A stretch of DNA of 64,000 nt, taken from assembly GCA_977018835.1 (NCBI GenBank), contig OZ361256.1:310001-374000 (forward strand), given 5' to 3'. Positions 11,387-22,262 of this stretch are shown piece after piece. Origin of the DNA: Minutocellus sp. GHC0000111. Its lineage: Eukaryota. The notes beneath the pieces are model-generated. The model searched no databases and was not told the DNA's origin. It saw only the letters and a list, made by a program, of their open reading frames with translations. The position numbers and the translations under genes are program-made. Every line of letters starts with the position of its first letter. The stretch's first letter is position 1.

Positions 11387-12468
11387 CTACCCTTTATTTA
11401 TGCGAGTATGTATCAAAAGATTATTCTTCGCATTCCTTTGAGGTGATGCGACGGTAGCAGTCGTCGTTGATCTGCTATTTAATCTGACGCCTTTGTATTC
11501 CTCATATTGCTTTGCATCCATGCAGAACTGTCCCGCCCCGACTATTCTGCTTCTGAAATAAACTTTTCTTTCTTCTGGATCGTGCACAATATGCTGACAG
11601 CAACAGCCGACCCCACCCTCCTGCTGCGGCAAATCCTCGTAATACCCCTCCACTCCCGGCACATTTTTGAGTTCCTGCAGGATTCGTACCTTCTTCATTT
11701 CATCTGGATATGAATCCAATGCTGCCTTATATCCATCGCCCATTGTAGATACGCCCATGAAACCATGGAGCGTGTGTCGTCCCTCGTAGTAATCCAGCAT
11801 GATACGGGTCGTCTCTCGAAGTACCGGATGGTTCGGTGCCGATGCCAAAAATGCCTGGAAGAAGTTGAATGCCTTTTTCCGCTTCAGTTCCTCTCGCACC
11901 GAGGAGAATGTAATGTCATCCTCCAACAGAACAGGTTCAATCACTTTGATATCAACGTCAAAATAGTACCCTCCAGTATCTAGCAACGCAGCAACGCGGC
12001 AAATATCACCTTGTACGCCCCCTTCTGCTCATTATTAAAGTGTTCCAGTAACCTTGGCTCAGCCTTTTCAATGACTTTCCTACATCCAGCATCATCAAGG
12101 AACACCATCTTGGCATTCGGATCCTTCCAGCCCTGTATGTACTTTTGTGTGGTGTTCATAATATTCTCGTAGAATTGTGTCGGTGCCTTGGTCTGAAGTA
12201 TATTGGACTTGTATGTGAAGTAGATAATGTGAGGAATTGCCGGCGATTTGGTTGTTGCCGATTCTGCTAATATTGCTGATGTTGTTTCTGCAACAACTTT
12301 GGTTGGTGATTTGGATGGTGATTCGTCTGTCACCCTTTGTTGCCCGAGCATGGTTATGGCCAAGCCAACCAGACCAAGCCCGACGGAAATGATCCGTGCC
12401 AGATGAAAGACACAAAGAGCGAGGGAGGCACCCCCGCTCTTTGCATTCGACGACGCCATCCGGACCAT
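11387..12468 (-). CDS. GT32/OCH1-like DxD glycosyltransferase (1-nt frameshift near 12009)
   Basis: TM anchor, IPHIIYFTY, GAYK(G)DICRVAALLDTGGYYFDVD (restored by adding one G to a G run) and FLASAPNHP. Confidence 0.8.
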
Positions 12469-12770
12469 GCTGGCAAGCGGATGGCTGGAATTGTGGCGGT
12501 TGCGCGCAGTAGCAGCTTTGCAGGGGGGCATAAATGTTTCATGTTCCCCTTTTCCTGATGTTTATCAAAAATTCCCAACTCGTGCGCTCTCGCTCTGATT
12601 TGCTCGTGCCGTATCTTGCTCTCGGCACATCACGCGAGGCCCAAGGTTGGAGAGCGCGGGCGCATTGCAGCAGCAGCTCTTGTCCTCCTAAGCCTACTCT
12701 AATGTTTGTATCAAAGTAAATTGCTGATATTCACAATCAGACTCTCTCGACAACAAACAATACCAACATA

Positions 12771-14638
12771 ATGGGTAAACACCCACCGCCGCCACCGGCA
12801 CCATCAGCAGCCAACCACAGCCCCTCCCATGCCAGACGGAACGGCTCAAGCAGACCGAATGTCAGACCATCCCCACCCTGTTCAACCTGTTCCCCATCGA
12901 GCGGTACTACGACGCCGCCTACAAGGTGCTGGAGGCGCACGATGCCGCCATGGAGGCCCACCACCTCGACGATGCCTACGTGTACGGCAAGCGGTTCGGA
13001 AACTTTGCGTCCAAGGCCCTGCCAACGCACGACTACTACCGCAGCCCCCAGCCCAAGTACCGGCGGTTGCGGTTGAAATGCGAGGCGGATTTGGGACGGG
13101 TCATCGACCAGCTGGAGAAGGTGGCGGCCTTGATGGACGTGGAAGAGCGAGAACGGCAAAAGCGAGAGGAGGAGGAGCGGAAGCGAGCCTGGGAGGCCGA
13201 GCAGGCCCGAAGGAAGGAGGAGGAGGCACGGCGGAAGGCGGCCGAGGCAGAGCGGCGAAAAAGAGAGACGATACTGGCTCATGCCGAGGCACGGCGGAAG
13301 GCTGAAGAAGCGGGGGAGGAATACGACGAGACGGCAGCTGCAGCTGCCACTTCTGTCGGATCAGCGCCAGCGGTGGTCGGTCTCACCGACAAGCTCGATT
13401 TGCTCAATGAATTGTTTCCACAGACCCCGTCGGGAGATGGGGCCGATCAGAAGAACTCAGAGCTACCCCCGGCTGAGGCCATGTCTCAATTATTTGTTCA
13501 GGAACCCCCGCCGCCGCCGTATCCGCAACCATCATCATCTGCGTCGGACATACCGATTGGATCGGACCTGCCCCTACCCCTGCCGGTGCCACCACCAGAA
13601 AGCAATGAAGTGGAGAATGGATATGCTGCTCCTGGCCCATCAGCACCACCGCCGCCGAGTTATACCGATGCAATGGGCAAGCCAGGCGATGGTATGGCTC
13701 CTCCACCGCCTTCGTATGCTAGTGTGGCACCACAGGGTAGCATTGCAGCACCAGCCGGTGGGATGCATCCACCTCCTGCTACTCGGACGGATTCCAACGG
13801 CGGCGTCATCCTGGCACCACATGCACCGACGGAATGGAAGAAGCGACAGTCTCGGGTCGAGCCCACCGCACCGAAAGATGAGGTGATACCGTACCGCAAA
13901 CTGCGACAGCGGCTGGCAGCGCAGTATCAGGACCTGCGAAAACGCAACATGGTGGAAACGTTCTTCCTCAATACGTATCAGGGCCGGAACAAAGTGCCGG
14001 GGAGGGACTCGACCAATGGATGTGCGGTGATATCTCCTCTGGTGGCGGCCCGACATTTGAGGAATACTGCCTCCAGCATCTTACCCGACCGAGTTATCGA
14101 GCATGTTATTGATGAAGAGGCTCCGCCCATCCTTTCGGCGGTCCGATCCAAGTTGGGTTTGGGCCACGGTGCCCTCATCATCCCCTCGGATGTTCATGAC
14201 TATCTCGTGGATCGCAAAATGTTGAAGCAGGACACCTTTGTTGGCGTTTGTGGTGGCAACATATTGGATTCGAAGCACATTGGTGCCTTGGTCGATATGC
14301 TTCACAAGGGAGACGAGAAGAAGGATCATGAGTCGACGAAACTTGCCGCCACCCTCTTCTTTCGAGAGCATGTTATTTGCATACTGAAAGTTGTCAATGC
14401 GAAGGGCGCGGCTTGGTTTGACATTGTAGACTCTTTGCCTCATCGAGATTCCGACGCGCTGCGAGCTTCCCGAACGAGGTGCAAGGGGCGAGATGCTCTT
14501 GAGATATCTCTCAAGTGGTACGCTTGTTCCAAGTTTAGCGAAACCGATCGTAACTACATCGACAACAACTTGTGGGATGAAGTTATGTGCGACTTTGACC
14601 CGAGAGTCTATCAAGGCTTTGTATGGGCGGCCGAATAG
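12771..14638 (+). CDS. USP8/AMSH-type MIT (USP8_dimer) domain + Pro-rich linker + putative papain-like cysteine protease domain (1-nt frameshift near 12840)
   Basis: FPIERYYDAA..LDDAYVYGKRF.NFASKALPTHDYY resembles the USP8/STAMBP N-terminus. A coiled coil and PPPY/PPSY motifs follow. The C-terminus has YQG..NGCAVI...EHVI...DS. Confidence 0.7.
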
Positions 14639-14746
14639 CTTGCTCTGAGAGATCTACCAATCAGATGTATTGTTAACAGTAGGTTAGAAAGTGTAAAGCA
14701 TTATAAGGTCACATATTGGCACAAACCCAATCTAATAGCTCATGCG

Positions 14747-15886
14747 TTACTCTTTTTCATAACCAATGAGCTTCTCGGCCTTCCAATCGACATTCTTTTC
14801 ATCGAGCAGATATTTTCGCAAATCCGCATCAATTTCCCGCTTCTTACGATTCTGAGGAGGAGATGCAGTGCAGTTGGCCTTGACACCCGTTACCTTTTCG
14901 ATTGATTCAATGAGATGCTTTGTGCCCTCCTTGAGAAGATCTTCATACCGAAGGACCCACATATCCTCAACCCACGGGAACTTGACTGTGTCGAGAAAGT
15001 TGTAGATCTTTGCCGCCCTCATCTGGAGAACATTGTCGTATGGTTCACCAGATCCATCATTTCTCATCTCATAAAAGGGCTGGTGTTCGGAATAGCGATG
15101 CTTACGAATCTTACCATCGTAGGTTCCATCCCAATAGCCATCGGGATACGGCCGAATATTGCAGGTGATGATGTCCTTGTAGTAAAAGTCCTCCTGACAT
15201 ATCGGCCCAGCCTTGCCACTCTTCTCATCTTCCGTCATGTTCAAGTCTTTGCCGAACCGCTCCATGGTCCATGTTTTTGTTACGTACTCCTTCCAATCCT
15301 TGACGTCGAGATGAGCCGGTGCGTGATGCGGCGTAGCCTGCATAGCCCGAGTCCATTCAAAGATGTTGCGAAATTGCGCCAAAACGAGCGATCCCTCATA
15401 TTGCCGATCCTTCCGATCGGTCTCATGCTGGAACCAGTGCTTGTACCGCGTCAACCTCCGTCGAACGGGGACGGTATGGTTGAAGCACGTGCCGAGATGA
15501 TCGTACACCCAGGTCGTGCCGGAATTGCGCTCGCCGAGGACGGAGATGGACTTTACGGCACCCTTCTTCACTCCACGGCCCCAGCTGTGGGCGGCATGTT
15601 GAACGTCCTTGTCGATGCTGCTCTTGCCACTACTGCCGCTGTCGCTTGTCCCGCTTTGCTGTTTCCTCAGTCCAGCCATTTCAATGATGCGCTGACTGGC
15701 GTTGTAGTCCATGTACAGGTAAAGAGCTCCCACAAGAATGAACGCAAACGTGCAGAGGCAAAAATTTCGTCGCGAATTGGACTTGCGCCGGTATTTGGAG
15801 GGCGATGGAGTCATCGGTGCGTACCTGCCCTTCATGTTTTCCATTCCCATTCCCATTGGTTCCGTTCCGATGGCCATTGTTTGCAT
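14747..15886 (-). CDS. Type II membrane sulfotransferase-like protein
   Basis: Intronless 379-aa ORF with TM helix, LGERNSGT, RYKHWFQ, FRNIFEW and LRYEDL. Paralogue of 1847-2921. Confidence 0.78.
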   Translation of the reverse strand: MQTMAIGTEPMGMGMENMKGRYAPMTPSPSKYRRKSNSRRNFCLCTFAFILVGALYLYMDYNASQRIIEMAGLRKQQSGTSDSGSSGKSSIDKDVQHAAHSWGRGVKKGAVKSISVLGERNSGTTWVYDHLGTCFNHTVPVRRRLTRYKHWFQHETDRKDRQYEGSLVLAQFRNIFEWTRAMQATPHHAPAHLDVKDWKEYVTKTWTMERFGKDLNMTEDEKSGKAGPICQEDFYYKDIITCNIRPYPDGYWDGTYDGKIRKHRYSEHQPFYEMRNDGSGEPYDNVLQMRAAKIYNFLDTVKFPWVEDMWVLRYEDLLKEGTKHLIESIEKVTGVKANCTASPPQNRKKREIDADLRKYLLDEKNVDWKAEKLIGYEKE

Positions 15887-16299
15887 CGGGACTTCGCATT
15901 GGGTCCATCATTGTTCAGCCAAGCGGATGAGCAAGCAAATAAATAATGATGAGCAAGCCCGACCAATGCCGCCAAAAATGCTGCCGGGCAAGAGGAGTTG
16001 AGCGCTGCTCCTAGCTAATATGAGCAATAAGCGGCACGGGGGGCCAAACCTGAATCAACGTGGGCCAAGATACACCCCACGGATGAGCCTTTACTGGTGA
16101 CGAGGGCAAACTTCCACGCTCGTGGTGGGCAAGCGCAGGACGCCGGCACGAGCTGAAATTGAATGCGTCCGTTGAAAATGAGAGGGGAACAAGAAAGCAA
16201 AGAGGGAAAAGTCGAAAAGTGGGGTCTCGGACGCGACGGACAGACGATCTCTGCCGCGCGCGCGCATGCAAGCAATCAAGCTCCGCTCATTTTCTCACC

Positions 16300-18204
16300 A
16301 TGGCATCGGCAACAGCATGCTCCTCCATGCGGCATCTCGCCCAGGCAATGGGCAGGAGATGTCGCCCATTAGCACCCTCTCCCTATCACCGTAATCAATA
16401 TCCGTCGCTATGGCTCTCCACCTCGCCATCTGCCTGGTCGCCTCGTGCTCACTTCGCAACAACGACAGCGAGTACTTCTGGCACCATGACTGATGACGAC
16501 GAACGGTCAATGTTGGTTGTCAGCGTCATGGGCCCACCGAATGCGGGCAAAAGTACGCTATTCAATCGCCTCATGTGCAAGGAAGCCAATCGCGCGTATA
16601 GATTGGCCAGTGACAAGAAGCCACGCAACAAAAGAGGAGCACAGGGTCGGGTGGGACACAAGAATCCATCGAATCGACCGGGAGGGGCCATCGTATCGTC
16701 GACTCCTGGCACCACCCGAGATCGGAGGGAGTGCATAGGTCGCATCGGTGGTACGACATTCCGTCTGGTGGATACAGCAGGCGTCGACGGGGAAAAGATT
16801 GGACATTTGGTTAGCAAGACCAGTGATCCGATGGAAAGGAAAATGATTCAACAAACTCTCAAGGCCGCCAAGTCTGCTGACTTGGTATTGCTCATGTTTG
16901 ATGCGCGGGTCGGTGTGACGACGGACCTGGCCGAGACGGCCAGATGGTTGCGCAAGGTTGGACCAGCCTCGGAGGATTCGCAGCATCGTGAGGTGTGGAT
17001 ATTGGCAAACAAGTTGGAGGGAGATGCGTGGTCAGCAAATTACGACTCTCCAGTTTTGGGCCATTTGGACGAGGCCGCCCGAGTTGGATTTGGAGAGGCC
17101 ATCCCGATATCGGCCGAGCATGGAGAGGGACTTGCCGACGTTGCAGCCATCATTGAGGATCTGACCGAAGCTAAACGTGAACGCTTGGGAATTGCTCCTG
17201 CGAATGAAAACGACCACGATGCAGATAATGCAATTGGGTCAGCATCGGATGAGAAGCCACTCCAACTGGCGATACTGGGTAGGCAAAATGTCGGCAAATC
17301 GACGTTAGTAAATGCTTTGCTTAAAGAGGAGCGTGTCATCACAGGGTCGACACCAGGATTGACCCGCGACTCCATTGCAGTGAAATGGTCATGGCAGGGG
17401 CGGCCTGTGCAACTTGCTGATACGGCAGGCATTCGCAAGAGCGCCAAGAGAGAGCGCTCGGATAACATCGAAGATTTGGCTGTACAGGATGCCATGCGCT
17501 CAATGAAGGTGGCTGATGTTGCCGTCCTCGTGTTGGACGGGGAAGCTCGAATGTTACAGCGACAGGAGTTGGCCATTGCTGATGCAGTGGTCAGAGAAGG
17601 CCGTAGTTTGGTTGTTGCGGCAAATAAGATGGATCTGCTTGTCGACGATGATTACACGCCAAGAGACTACGCGACTGCCGTTCAGGAGCAGATCGAGATT
17701 CGTTTCCCCATGCTTCGAAAGACGCCGGTGGTACCAATGAGCTCCCTGACGGGTGAGAATGTTCATCGATTGATGCCTGTCGTGTTCAATGCGAGAGATC
17801 GATGGCAACAGGTCATCAGTACCGGGATGCTGAACAGATGGCTGAGCGAGGTGCTTGATACGCAAGCACCCCCCCTGCACAACGGCCGTCCTATCAAGAT
17901 CAAATATATCATGCAAACGAAGGGTAGACCTCCGACCTTCCTATTGTTTTGCAACGTCGATGAGCTCCCCACAAGTTATCTGCGATACCTGACGCGAAAT
18001 TTTCAAGAAACATTCCAAATGTATGGAATGGAGGTTCGGATGGCAATCAAGAAGAGCGCTGAGAATCCCTACGAAAACAAAAAGAAGTCCAACAGTATTG
18101 GAATTGGCGGATGGGAAGGCAGGCAGAAACGTATGATTAAGAGCTTGAAAAAGACGGGAGCACCACCACCCAAGAAGAAACGAAAGAGCTACAAACGCCG
18201 GTAG
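16300..18204 (+). CDS. der: Organellar ribosome-biogenesis GTPase Der/EngA (probable mitochondrial presequence)
   Basis: Two tandem G domains (GPPNAGKS/GTTRD/DTAG/NKLE and GRQNVGKS/GLTRD/DTAG/NKMD) plus a KH-like C-terminus (PPTF..F, SYLRYL). Confidence 0.92.
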   Translation: MASATACSSMRHLAQAMGRRCRPLAPSPYHRNQYPSLWLSTSPSAWSPRAHFATTTASTSGTMTDDDERSMLVVSVMGPPNAGKSTLFNRLMCKEANRAYRLASDKKPRNKRGAQGRVGHKNPSNRPGGAIVSSTPGTTRDRRECIGRIGGTTFRLVDTAGVDGEKIGHLVSKTSDPMERKMIQQTLKAAKSADLVLLMFDARVGVTTDLAETARWLRKVGPASEDSQHREVWILANKLEGDAWSANYDSPVLGHLDEAARVGFGEAIPISAEHGEGLADVAAIIEDLTEAKRERLGIAPANENDHDADNAIGSASDEKPLQLAILGRQNVGKSTLVNALLKEERVITGSTPGLTRDSIAVKWSWQGRPVQLADTAGIRKSAKRERSDNIEDLAVQDAMRSMKVADVAVLVLDGEARMLQRQELAIADAVVREGRSLVVAANKMDLLVDDDYTPRDYATAVQEQIEIRFPMLRKTPVVPMSSLTGENVHRLMPVVFNARDRWQQVISTGMLNRWLSEVLDTQAPPLHNGRPIKIKYIMQTKGRPPTFLLFCNVDELPTSYLRYLTRNFQETFQMYGMEVRMAIKKSAENPYENKKKSNSIGIGGWEGRQKRMIKSLKKTGAPPPKKKRKSYKRR

Positions 18205-18218
18205 ATCCCATTTTAACA

Positions 18219-18983
18219 CTATTTGTAATCAGTATCCGGTACCCAATTTCCAAATGTATCCTCAAAGTCATCCTCATAGCTCTTTGCAGCTTCATCGAAT
18301 GCTCCACCGTCCTTATCCCAATCATATCCAGGGATGAAGCGTCCAGTAGTTCTCGGCGTTTCCATGGGCGATTTAATTTTTCCGTCGCCCCACTCAAGTC
18401 GTCGGCTATTGTCGGCACTTTCAGAAAATAGGTCCAGCTTGGAATTTTGCATCTGATACATTCCAAGCACCTTTTCCAGCTCGGTGTGACTGCTACTGCC
18501 GGTGATTCTCGCTACTCGATTTCCACCATAAAATACGTCAAACGTAGGAAAGGCGGTAACACCAGCCTGACCCATGAGCAAATCTCCATCTTCGTACTCT
18601 CGAAAGCATCGGAGGAAGCAGGTGCTGGGATTGTCCCTCGCCAACCGTTCGTATTGTGCCTCGGTCTTGACGCACGCCGGGTCCATTGCCGAGGAATACT
18701 TGGCAACACAAACAATACCGTCTGGTCTTTCGGGCAACGGCCGGCCGGTCAGCTCAACTATCCCTTCGAGCTGATCGTACGCTCCAAACTCACGAATCAC
18801 GAAGGACGAACCGGATTCGCCATAGTAATCACCACGGCCTTCGAGGAACAATGCAGACGTCGACGATTGTGGCGAAAACGTCGCCGATGGTAATGACGAA
18901 GAGAAAGTCGACGATGAAAATGCTGCGCAAACTTCAACACAACCTGCTATTGCTACAGCAAGAAGGACCGATGGATTCATCAT
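18219..18983 (-). CDS. Plastid-targeted thioredoxin-fold protein with an atypical DPAC site
   Basis: Signal peptide ending CAAF plus Ser-rich transit peptide. Trx-like VAKYSS.MDPAC..YERLA and GVTAFPTF..F..G.RV..I.G. Confidence 0.7.
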   Translation of the reverse strand: MMNPSVLLAVAIAGCVEVCAAFSSSTFSSSLPSATFSPQSSTSALFLEGRGDYYGESGSSFVIREFGAYDQLEGIVELTGRPLPERPDGIVCVAKYSSAMDPACVKTEAQYERLARDNPSTCFLRCFREYEDGDLLMGQAGVTAFPTFDVFYGGNRVARITGSSSHTELEKVLGMYQMQNSKLDLFSESADNSRRLEWGDGKIKSPMETPRTTGRFIPGYDWDKDGGAFDEAAKSYEDDFEDTFGNWVPDTDYK

Positions 18984-19196
18984 GGTCCGTGGTTATGGGT
19001 TTGATTCCAGTGAGCAAAAGCTACGAATCTGCCTCGTACTCTGCCTCGTACTGCACTGAATGAACGCAACGCGATGAGCCAATTCAATGCTCTCCGAAAC
19101 GTTTTGGGAGTACCCCTTTTATTTCCCCTCCTACGTCAAAATTCCCAACGCAACTACCACAACTCGTGCAACTTTGAGATACGGCGGCAAACCGAG

Positions 19197-20260
19197 ATGG
19201 TAAGCACCAATCCAATACAGTATATTGTCGGGGAGTGAACTGTGTTATCATTTTTATTGCTGGGATATATGCGGAGAGATTCTCCGGTCAGAAAAAACAA
19301 CATAACTCGCGTGCCTTGACGGGACCCACCCTTTTGGCCAGAAACACACGAGCAGCCTGCGGTGGTGGTTGACAAGCACAGCAGGTGATGGGTGTACACT
19401 AATTGCTTTTACCAAATATATTCATTCTATCTTCTCATCGGTTTGCATATCTTGCGATTCTAATCTCCAACCAACCCGTACCAAAAGGCGGACATACAAT
19501 ATTGGGACGACACCCTAACGGAGGAGCTGGAGAACATCCAGACCCTCCTGGAGCGGGCCCGGAATCAATCGACGCCATGGAGAAGGCATCGATCCTGGAA
19601 CGGGCGGAGAAGAAATTGCGGTCGGCCAACGGCACCAAGCGGAGCTTCAAGATGGAATGCCGGCTGGTGTCCGACCCGAATCAGCGGCGGCGATATGAGA
19701 ATCAGCTCGCCCGACACGAGGAGGATTGGAAGGCACTGTCGTCGGACTTGAAGGCCCTCAAGGCCGAGGGGCAGCGGGGACAGTTGTTCGTTGGGGCCAA
19801 TAAGGACGGTGGGGAGATCAGCCCGGAGGCGACTGGCGACTACATGTTGGAGGAGGCAAGTCGTCTCCAGGACCGGACTAAAGACTCCCTGGGTCGGACG
19901 AAGCAGATGGTGGCCGAATCGAAGGAGACTGGTATGGCAACACTGGAAGAGCTGGAGAGGCAGCGGGGACAGATTGAGAATATCGACCGAGAAGCAATGC
20001 GGATTGAGGATAGTTTGGCGCGGGCCGACAAACTGATCAAGACCTTTGGACGGAGGATGGCCACCGACAAGTTCATCCAATGCTGCGCCGTTTTCAACCT
20101 TCTGCTCGTCGTCGGAGTAATCCTGTATTCCGTCTTCAAGGGTGGATCGCTGACGGGATCCCGTTCCACTGGCGATCCAGAGAGTCCTGTTCGACATTTG
20201 ATGACCATGTTCTTACGAGGCAGCGGTGAGAGAATGGATGCCATCGAGGGTGGCAACTAA
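19197..20260 (+). CDS. Qb-SNARE (VTI1/NPSN-like), ATG micro-exon + intron 19200-19487, 1-nt frameshift near 19570
   Basis: ATG|gtaagc..aag|GCGGAC gives MADIQYWDDTL. Helical N-terminal domain, SNARE motif (ETGMATLEELERQRGQI..L.RADKLIK.F.RRM.TDK) and C-terminal TM helix. Confidence 0.8.
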
Positions 20261-20347
20261 GAGTGAAATTCTATTGCAGGGCAGGCAGGCCAAAAGACCG
20301 AAGAGTCAATACTAATGCTTAAAAACACATATGTGAACGTTCTTTGC

Positions 20348-21913
20348 CTATTTCTCTTCACCCTTGGTTAGCATTCTATTCCGAATCGAACTATATACGT
20401 ACTGGACTTCATTTTTCTCACTTTCATTGAAGTCTTTGCCGCCTGGAATCATGACATTGGAGGCTGTGACGAGATCTTCATCGTCGTCCGTCGTCAGAGG
20501 GACTTTCGAGTTTTGGCCGTTCTTGTCAACACTCCTAATGGAATGTCGGCAGTATCGGGCGACCCTGTGTGAGCAAAGCTCCAATACCTGAGCACTATTC
20601 ACTACCCCATCACAAGAAACTTCAATGTCCTCGAGCCACCCTTCTTGAGTACTCGATGGGAATATGTCGAAAATGATTGGCCACAAATCATTCAACTTAA
20701 CCTCCCGGTTGCCGGCCACGTCGAGATTGTCCAGCTCCTTTGCAAGTTTGTCAACGTCATTGCGACCTTTACCGACTAGAGCCTCAACAAGAAGGTCAAC
20801 ATAGTTTATCGCACCCTCAGTCATATCAAGCCCTTTTTGATCGACTTCCTCGAAAACATCCTCAACCTTTGCCTTCGTCAAATGAGTGCAACTTTCGGCA
20901 ACTTCTTCTAGAATATTCCTCAATTCGCCAACTTTGATGAAGCCAAGGCCTTCATCATCATTCACTTCTAAATAGGCTTGCAAGTCCTGTATTTCATTTT
21001 CAGCGAGATTGCCAGCTATTAGGTCTAGTATCGCGCGTCGAAGCATCTGAAGCTCATCATTCTCGCGACCTTCAATCTCCATTGCGGAGCCATAGCCATT
21101 CGTCTGAATCCAGTCAGATTCAAGGGCCTCATCTGCCGTGGGCCGAACATCCGGATCCATCATTAGAAGTGAACGGACAAATGACTTGGCTGATTCAGAA
21201 ATGCCATCCCACACTGTGCCAGACATCGGAGCATACGTGCATCTCATGATCCGATCAATCATCACCTTTCGGCGTTTTGCCCATGGAAGATTTTTGTTCG
21301 GTCCCCAAAATGGCTGCTTCCCCGACAAAAGCAGATACGCCACAACCCCGACGCTCCATAAGTCGCACTTTTGTTTGTAAACTCCTTGCAGAACTCTTTT
21401 GGCCGAAAATAAAATAAAGAATGGAGGAGGTTGCATGAGTTAATAAACGGAAGTGAACAGAAATACTACGTAGTAGCAATGGTACATGCACCTTGCCAGC
21501 TGCAACACTTTAGAAATCAAATCAAAGGACGAAAACGCATACATTTGCACTTACTGGGGAGCCATGGAATAAAGAGTACCGACTTTGTCTGCCTTGTATT
21601 CATCTGCTAGGAAAACGGCCGCGAGCCCGAAATCTATTAGCTTGACTTCCTTTGTGGAATCAAACATGATGTTTTCCAGCTTGATATCCCTGTGCGCCAG
21701 GCCCATACTATGCAAGTAAGATACTGCCGACAATACCTTGCGAACGACCACAGCCGCATTCTTCTCCTCCATTGGGACGCGTTGGGCCAAGTTACCACTG
21801 CTGTTGTTTTGCATTTGTCACCCGTATGCCGAGGAAGCTTGAGCTGCTTCTGTCGAAACCGGCGTGTTCGATGAGTTCTCCTTCTTTTTTGCCGCAGATA
21901 GTTTATTCCCCAT
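20348..21913 (-). pseudogene. CDPK-like Ser/Thr kinase lacking the N-lobe (internally deleted)
   Basis: MGNKLS myristoylation-type start, then a stop at 21818. The C-lobe follows (HRDIKLEN, DFG, GTLYSMAPQ, intron 21396-21554, DLWSVGV) with degenerate EF-hands. No GxGxxG or VAIK motif is visible. Confidence 0.55.
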
Positions 21914-22262
21914 TTGTATTTGCTGATGGATCAGAATATTGTATGGACATGGCGTGGGTGGCGAGTCGGGTGTCGTCGAACTACACGTAACTCGATCGAG
22001 CATCCTGCCCCCCCGAAAAAAAATGATCAATTTTTGTCCCCGGCTGCGGAGATTCGAAGATTCTCGCTTGCAAACTCGCCCAAGACTTTTTCTCTCGGTT
22101 TGCTTCGCTTTTCCTTTGTATTTGAAAACTTAGGCCCGGATCCTCCCCCATCACATTTTGCCCCGATACATTCACCACGCAATCGACGCGCCATGGCGCG
22201 CCGGCCGGCTCGCGTTTTACGCGTTCAAATCTCACACAGTCTGGCACAAACAAACAGCAACA

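Noticed and set aside
1847..15886. Two sulfotransferase-like genes plus GT32 as a polysaccharide biosynthesis cluster
   Set aside because: They are interspersed with unrelated genes, and these families are commonly expanded in algae, so proximity is weak evidence.
19028..19052. 12-bp tandem duplication (tctgcctcgtac x2) and gtcga microsatellite at ~44352-44378
   Set aside because: Ordinary intergenic short repeats that lack the AGGACATGT boundary.
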